Assembly (NCBI GenBank): GCA_947626585.1
Contig: CANQSU010000001.1
Span: 11,768 to 75,767 of the forward strand
Source: an uncultured Oscillospiraceae bacterium
GTDB taxonomy: Bacteria; Bacillota; Clostridia; Oscillospirales; Oscillospiraceae
Direction of reading: 5' to 3'
Length of the DNA: 64,000 nt
Under the pieces are notes generated by a model. It saw nothing but the letters and a program-made list of their open reading frames with translations, did not search any database and had not been told where the DNA came from. Below are positions 60,886 through 64,000 of this stretch, in pieces; the stretch's first letter is position 1; each line of letters starts with the position of its first letter. The position numbers were made by a program, and so were the translations under genes.

Positions 60886-62344
60886 CATCGCCGCCATGCA
60901 GAATTCCGTGACGGAATCCATGGGCAAGGCAAAAAAGGACCATATCATCAAGGACGCCTGGGACCTGGAGATGATGCTCTCCGGGCCGTTCCAGGCCGCC
61001 GGCATCGCCGGGCAGGGCGCCTACGGGTACGAGGACATCCCGGATTCCATGGCGGCGTTCCGGAACGGGATGCTGGACGACTCCAAGCGGCACCTGGTGC
61101 AGCACCCGCTGAACGACGACCTGAGGCGGCGCCTCTACATGGCCGGGTTCGAATGCTCCGCCTGGGACAAGGACACGGGGACGACGGAGATCACCCACGA
61201 CCCGTACGCCCCGGGCCTGGAACAATGGAATTCGGGCGACAAGGCCGGGTTCCTGCTGGCCATGGACCAGTACATGCTGGAGCGCAAGCGGAATTATTCC
61301 GTCGAACACACGGAGAGCTTCGGGTTCGAGGAGGACCTGGCCAGGGTCCACAGGACGTTCATGGACGCCACGGCCAAGGTCCCGGCCGAGTACGCGTCCA
61401 AGGACGTGAGCCGCGATAACCGGGACGCCGCGATCCGGGCCGCCGGCGAGACCATGGACACCATCTGGCGCTACAAGGGCTCCTGCGACGCCGTGAAGGG
61501 CGACGACCCGCGCAACCCGTACAACATCCAGATCAACATGACCAGGCAGGAATGGGGCATCATCGGCCGCATGAGCCAGCAGATGGAGAACACCGTCGGT
61601 GGCGGGATCGGGTTCGTCCAGGCCGAGGGGATGAACAAGTTCTTCGACATGCAGCAGATTCCGGATGAAGACCGGTGGGCGTTCCTGATGAAGTGCGATT
61701 CCATCGTCGATACCCAGGTGAAGGATTACAACGCCTGCTGCCCCGGGTTCGTTCCCAGTGTCGACACGCTGGTGAGCAACGTCACGAAGCAGACCACGCG
61801 GGACGGCCTGACGAGGATCCCGTTCATCGGCGCGGCGATCGAGGCGGACCTGTGCATCAAGGAAGGAGACAAGGACGGGGCGATGCGCGCCCATGACCAG
61901 TTCCTGACCTCCCTGGCCGAATCCAGGGCGACGTTTGAAATTTCCGAGAGCGGCAGGAGCGTCAAGTCGTTCAGCCTGAACCTGACGGACGCCGAGAAGG
62001 AGCTGGTCGGGAAGCTCCATCAGGAGGCCCGCAACGCGTTCAAGGACGAGGGCGTGTTCAACGAGGAGTATGTCACGTCCGAACGGTTCGGCAAGGATAA
62101 GCCGTACAGCACCGACCTGTACTGCCAGATCTCCGGCGCGCTGCTGGATGCCAAGAACGAGTTTGACAAGGAGCACCCGGCGACTGAGCCGAAGGAGCCT
62201 GCGGCCGGCCGGTTCACGGTTTCGGAGCCGGCGCAGGAGAAGCCCGCCAGGGGCTTCGCGAAGCTCATGGGCCTGCTGCGGCGTAACGACCGTGAGGACC
62301 GGCAGACCGATGACTACGGGCTGGACGGCGTCGACGACGTCTGA
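60869..62344 (+). CDS. hypothetical protein, paralog B
   Basis: Track ORF 60863..62344 trimmed to ATG behind GGGGAGG. LRRRLYMAGFEC...TEITHDPYAPGLEQWNSGDKAGF and C-terminal FAKLMGLLRRND. Confidence 0.6.
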   Translation: MSSLTDIAAMQNSVTESMGKAKKDHIIKDAWDLEMMLSGPFQAAGIAGQGAYGYEDIPDSMAAFRNGMLDDSKRHLVQHPLNDDLRRRLYMAGFECSAWDKDTGTTEITHDPYAPGLEQWNSGDKAGFLLAMDQYMLERKRNYSVEHTESFGFEEDLARVHRTFMDATAKVPAEYASKDVSRDNRDAAIRAAGETMDTIWRYKGSCDAVKGDDPRNPYNIQINMTRQEWGIIGRMSQQMENTVGGGIGFVQAEGMNKFFDMQQIPDEDRWAFLMKCDSIVDTQVKDYNACCPGFVPSVDTLVSNVTKQTTRDGLTRIPFIGAAIEADLCIKEGDKDGAMRAHDQFLTSLAESRATFEISESGRSVKSFSLNLTDAEKELVGKLHQEARNAFKDEGVFNEEYVTSERFGKDKPYSTDLYCQISGALLDAKNEFDKEHPATEPKEPAAGRFTVSEPAQEKPARGFAKLMGLLRRNDREDRQTDDYGLDGVDDV

Positions 62345-62362
62345 ACGTAATATGCGGCATGG

Positions 62363-62393
62363 AAACCCGTCCCGAAAACCGGGGCGGGTTTTT
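62363..62393 (+). terminator. rho-independent terminator
   Basis: AAACCCGTCCCG-aaaac-CGGGGCGGGTTT stem running into a T-run. Confidence 0.7.
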
Positions 62394-62419
62394 CCATGCG
62401 AAAAATTTGAAAAAGGGTG

Positions 62420-62448
62420 TTGACAGGCGGGGCCTTTGATATTATAAT
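62420..62448 (+). promoter_or_regulatory. perfect consensus promoter for the topoisomerase gene
   Basis: TTGACA (62420-62425), a 17-nt spacer, then TATAAT (62443-62448). Confidence 0.7.
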
Positions 62449-62523
62449 AAAACAAGAGCGAACACTTTTATATAAAGTTGTTTTCTTTTATGGATTTTTA
62501 ATCGAAAGGAGAGATGACTGCCT

Positions 62524-64000
62524 ATGATTGCAATATTGGCCGAGAAGCCCAGCGCCAAGCGCAACATGCAGAAGGCGTTCGGCGGCGACAGCGGCACGTT
62601 CAACGGCGAGCAGTTCATGCTCTGTAACGCCAGGGGCCACCTGTACGAGTTCGCCAAGCCTGAGAAGCAGGTCCATTCTTCCGTGTCGGAGAAGTACCGG
62701 AGATGGGACCTGTCCAACCTGCCCTGGGACCCGGACGAGTTCACCTGGAAGTATGTCAAGCAGGAGGACGTGGACGACGTCCTGGACGAGATCCGCAAGA
62801 CCTTCATGAAGTGCGATGAGATCTGTATCGCGACGGACGACGACCCGTCCGGCGAGGGGACGCTGCTTGCCGGCGAGATCATCATCAACCTGGGGTTTGA
62901 CGGGAAGAAGAAGATCTCACGGATGTTCTTCGCGGACGAGAGCCCGAAGGAATTGCAAAAGGCGTTCAAGAACCGCAAGCACTTCAACAGCGTGCAGGAC
63001 GACCCTGATTATATTAAGGCCCTGTACCGGGCGAAGTGGGACATGCTGAGCATGCAGTTCACCCGCATTGCCACGAAGTGCGGCGACGGCAAGTCCGTCC
63101 TGCGGCAGGGGCGCCTGAAGTCCGCCATGATCCTTCTGGTGGGCGACCAGTTGGCGAAAGTGGCGGCTTACAAGGCTACGCCGTATTTCCAGTACCGGTT
63201 CCAGGACGCCAACGGGAACGTGTTTTCCGACCCGAAGGAGCCGACGTTCCCGGACGAGAAATCCGTGCCCAAGGGCAAATATATGGACTCCAAGGTCATC
63301 GCCGATCCGAAGGTCCGCAAGAAGTCCCCGCCGCCCAAGCTGATCGACCTGGCCACGCTGTCTGCCAGATTGTCCAGCAAGGGCTTCAAGGCGAAGGACG
63401 TCCTGGCCACGTACCAGAAGATGTACGAGGCGCAGGTGGTAAGCTACCCGCGTACTGAAGATAAAGGCGTGACCCCGGAGCAGTTCAACGAGCTGCTGCC
63501 GCTGGTGGACAAGATCGCTAAGGTCGTGGGCGTCAACCCAGCGGTCCTGACGCACCGGACGCCCCGTGCCGGCTTCGTGAAAGAAGGCATGGCCCATGGC
63601 GCCAACAGGCCCGGGCCGAAGGTCCCGGATAATCTCAAGGATCTGGTGTTGTACGGCAAGTGCGCGCCGGACATCTACGAGATCCTGGCCCGGTCCTACC
63701 TGGCCATGCTGTGCGAGGACTACGAGTACGATTCCCAGGACGCGCGCCTGGAGAAATACCCGAGCTTCAAGGGGCACGTGAACGTGCCCGCGTTCGCCGG
63801 CTGGAAGGCCGTGTATAACGACGACAGCGACCCGGACGACGGAAAGGCGTTCGCGGCAACCGCGTCACCGTTCGTGTACAAGGGCTTCCCGCCCAAGCCC
63901 CAGGCCCCGACGATGAAGTGGCTGATGAACCAGCTGGACAAGGCCAACGTCGGGACGGGCGCCACGCGGACCAGTACTTACGCCGAGGTGACCAACGACT
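62524..64000 (+). CDS. topB: type IA DNA topoisomerase (topoisomerase III-like), 3' end beyond the window
   Basis: My own translation from ATG at 62524 (AAAGGAGAG RBS). Absent from the track because there is no stop in the window. Toprim IAILAEKPS and IATDDDPSGEG, catalytic-Tyr region KDVLATYQKMYEAQVVSYPRTEDKG, and GTGATRTSTYAEV. Confidence 0.85.
   Translation, partial: MIAILAEKPSAKRNMQKAFGGDSGTFNGEQFMLCNARGHLYEFAKPEKQVHSSVSEKYRRWDLSNLPWDPDEFTWKYVKQEDVDDVLDEIRKTFMKCDEICIATDDDPSGEGTLLAGEIIINLGFDGKKKISRMFFADESPKELQKAFKNRKHFNSVQDDPDYIKALYRAKWDMLSMQFTRIATKCGDGKSVLRQGRLKSAMILLVGDQLAKVAAYKATPYFQYRFQDANGNVFSDPKEPTFPDEKSVPKGKYMDSKVIADPKVRKKSPPPKLIDLATLSARLSSKGFKAKDVLATYQKMYEAQVVSYPRTEDKGVTPEQFNELLPLVDKIAKVVGVNPAVLTHRTPRAGFVKEGMAHGANRPGPKVPDNLKDLVLYGKCAPDIYEILARSYLAMLCEDYEYDSQDARLEKYPSFKGHVNVPAFAGWKAVYNDDSDPDDGKAFAATASPFVYKGFPPKPQAPTMKWLMNQLDKANVGTGATRTSTYAEVTND

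Overview
GC-rich, very tightly packed segment of a large self-replicating mobile element (giant plasmid, phage-plasmid or phage). I see no capsid, tail or terminase genes, no rRNA and no CRISPR array in this window. Genes run on the minus strand from 1 to about 41.1 kb and on the plus strand from about 41.2 kb to the end. The switch sits beside an AT-rich iteron field (43.0-43.5 kb), which I read as the probable replication origin. The left arm carries a replication and repair set: family B DNA polymerase, D5/P4-type primase-helicase, AEP primase, SNF2 helicase, two RNase H genes, UDG, VRR-NUC and PD-(D/E)xK nucleases, and a UvrD-like helicase split by a group I intron that encodes a LAGLIDADG endonuclease. 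It also carries a proteolysis set (FtsH, ClpP, Clp/Hsp100 ATPase), a MoxR-VWA pair, DUF4313- and DUF4314-like genes and cell-wall-binding proteins. A stand-alone reverse transcriptase operon ends at a 1.77 kb ORF-free tract (30865-32634) packed with perfect palindromes. That pairing is my best candidate for something undescribed. The right arm carries a ParM-like actin with ribbon-helix-helix (RHH) proteins, a 1.9k-aa sortase-anchored adhesin with a class B sortase, a block of unknown proteins and a type IA topoisomerase. Two tRNA-like small RNA candidates, several consensus promoters and several terminators are visible. All family assignments come from motifs I recognised by eye; no searches were run. 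High GC produces many long shadow ORFs in the track, which I rejected.
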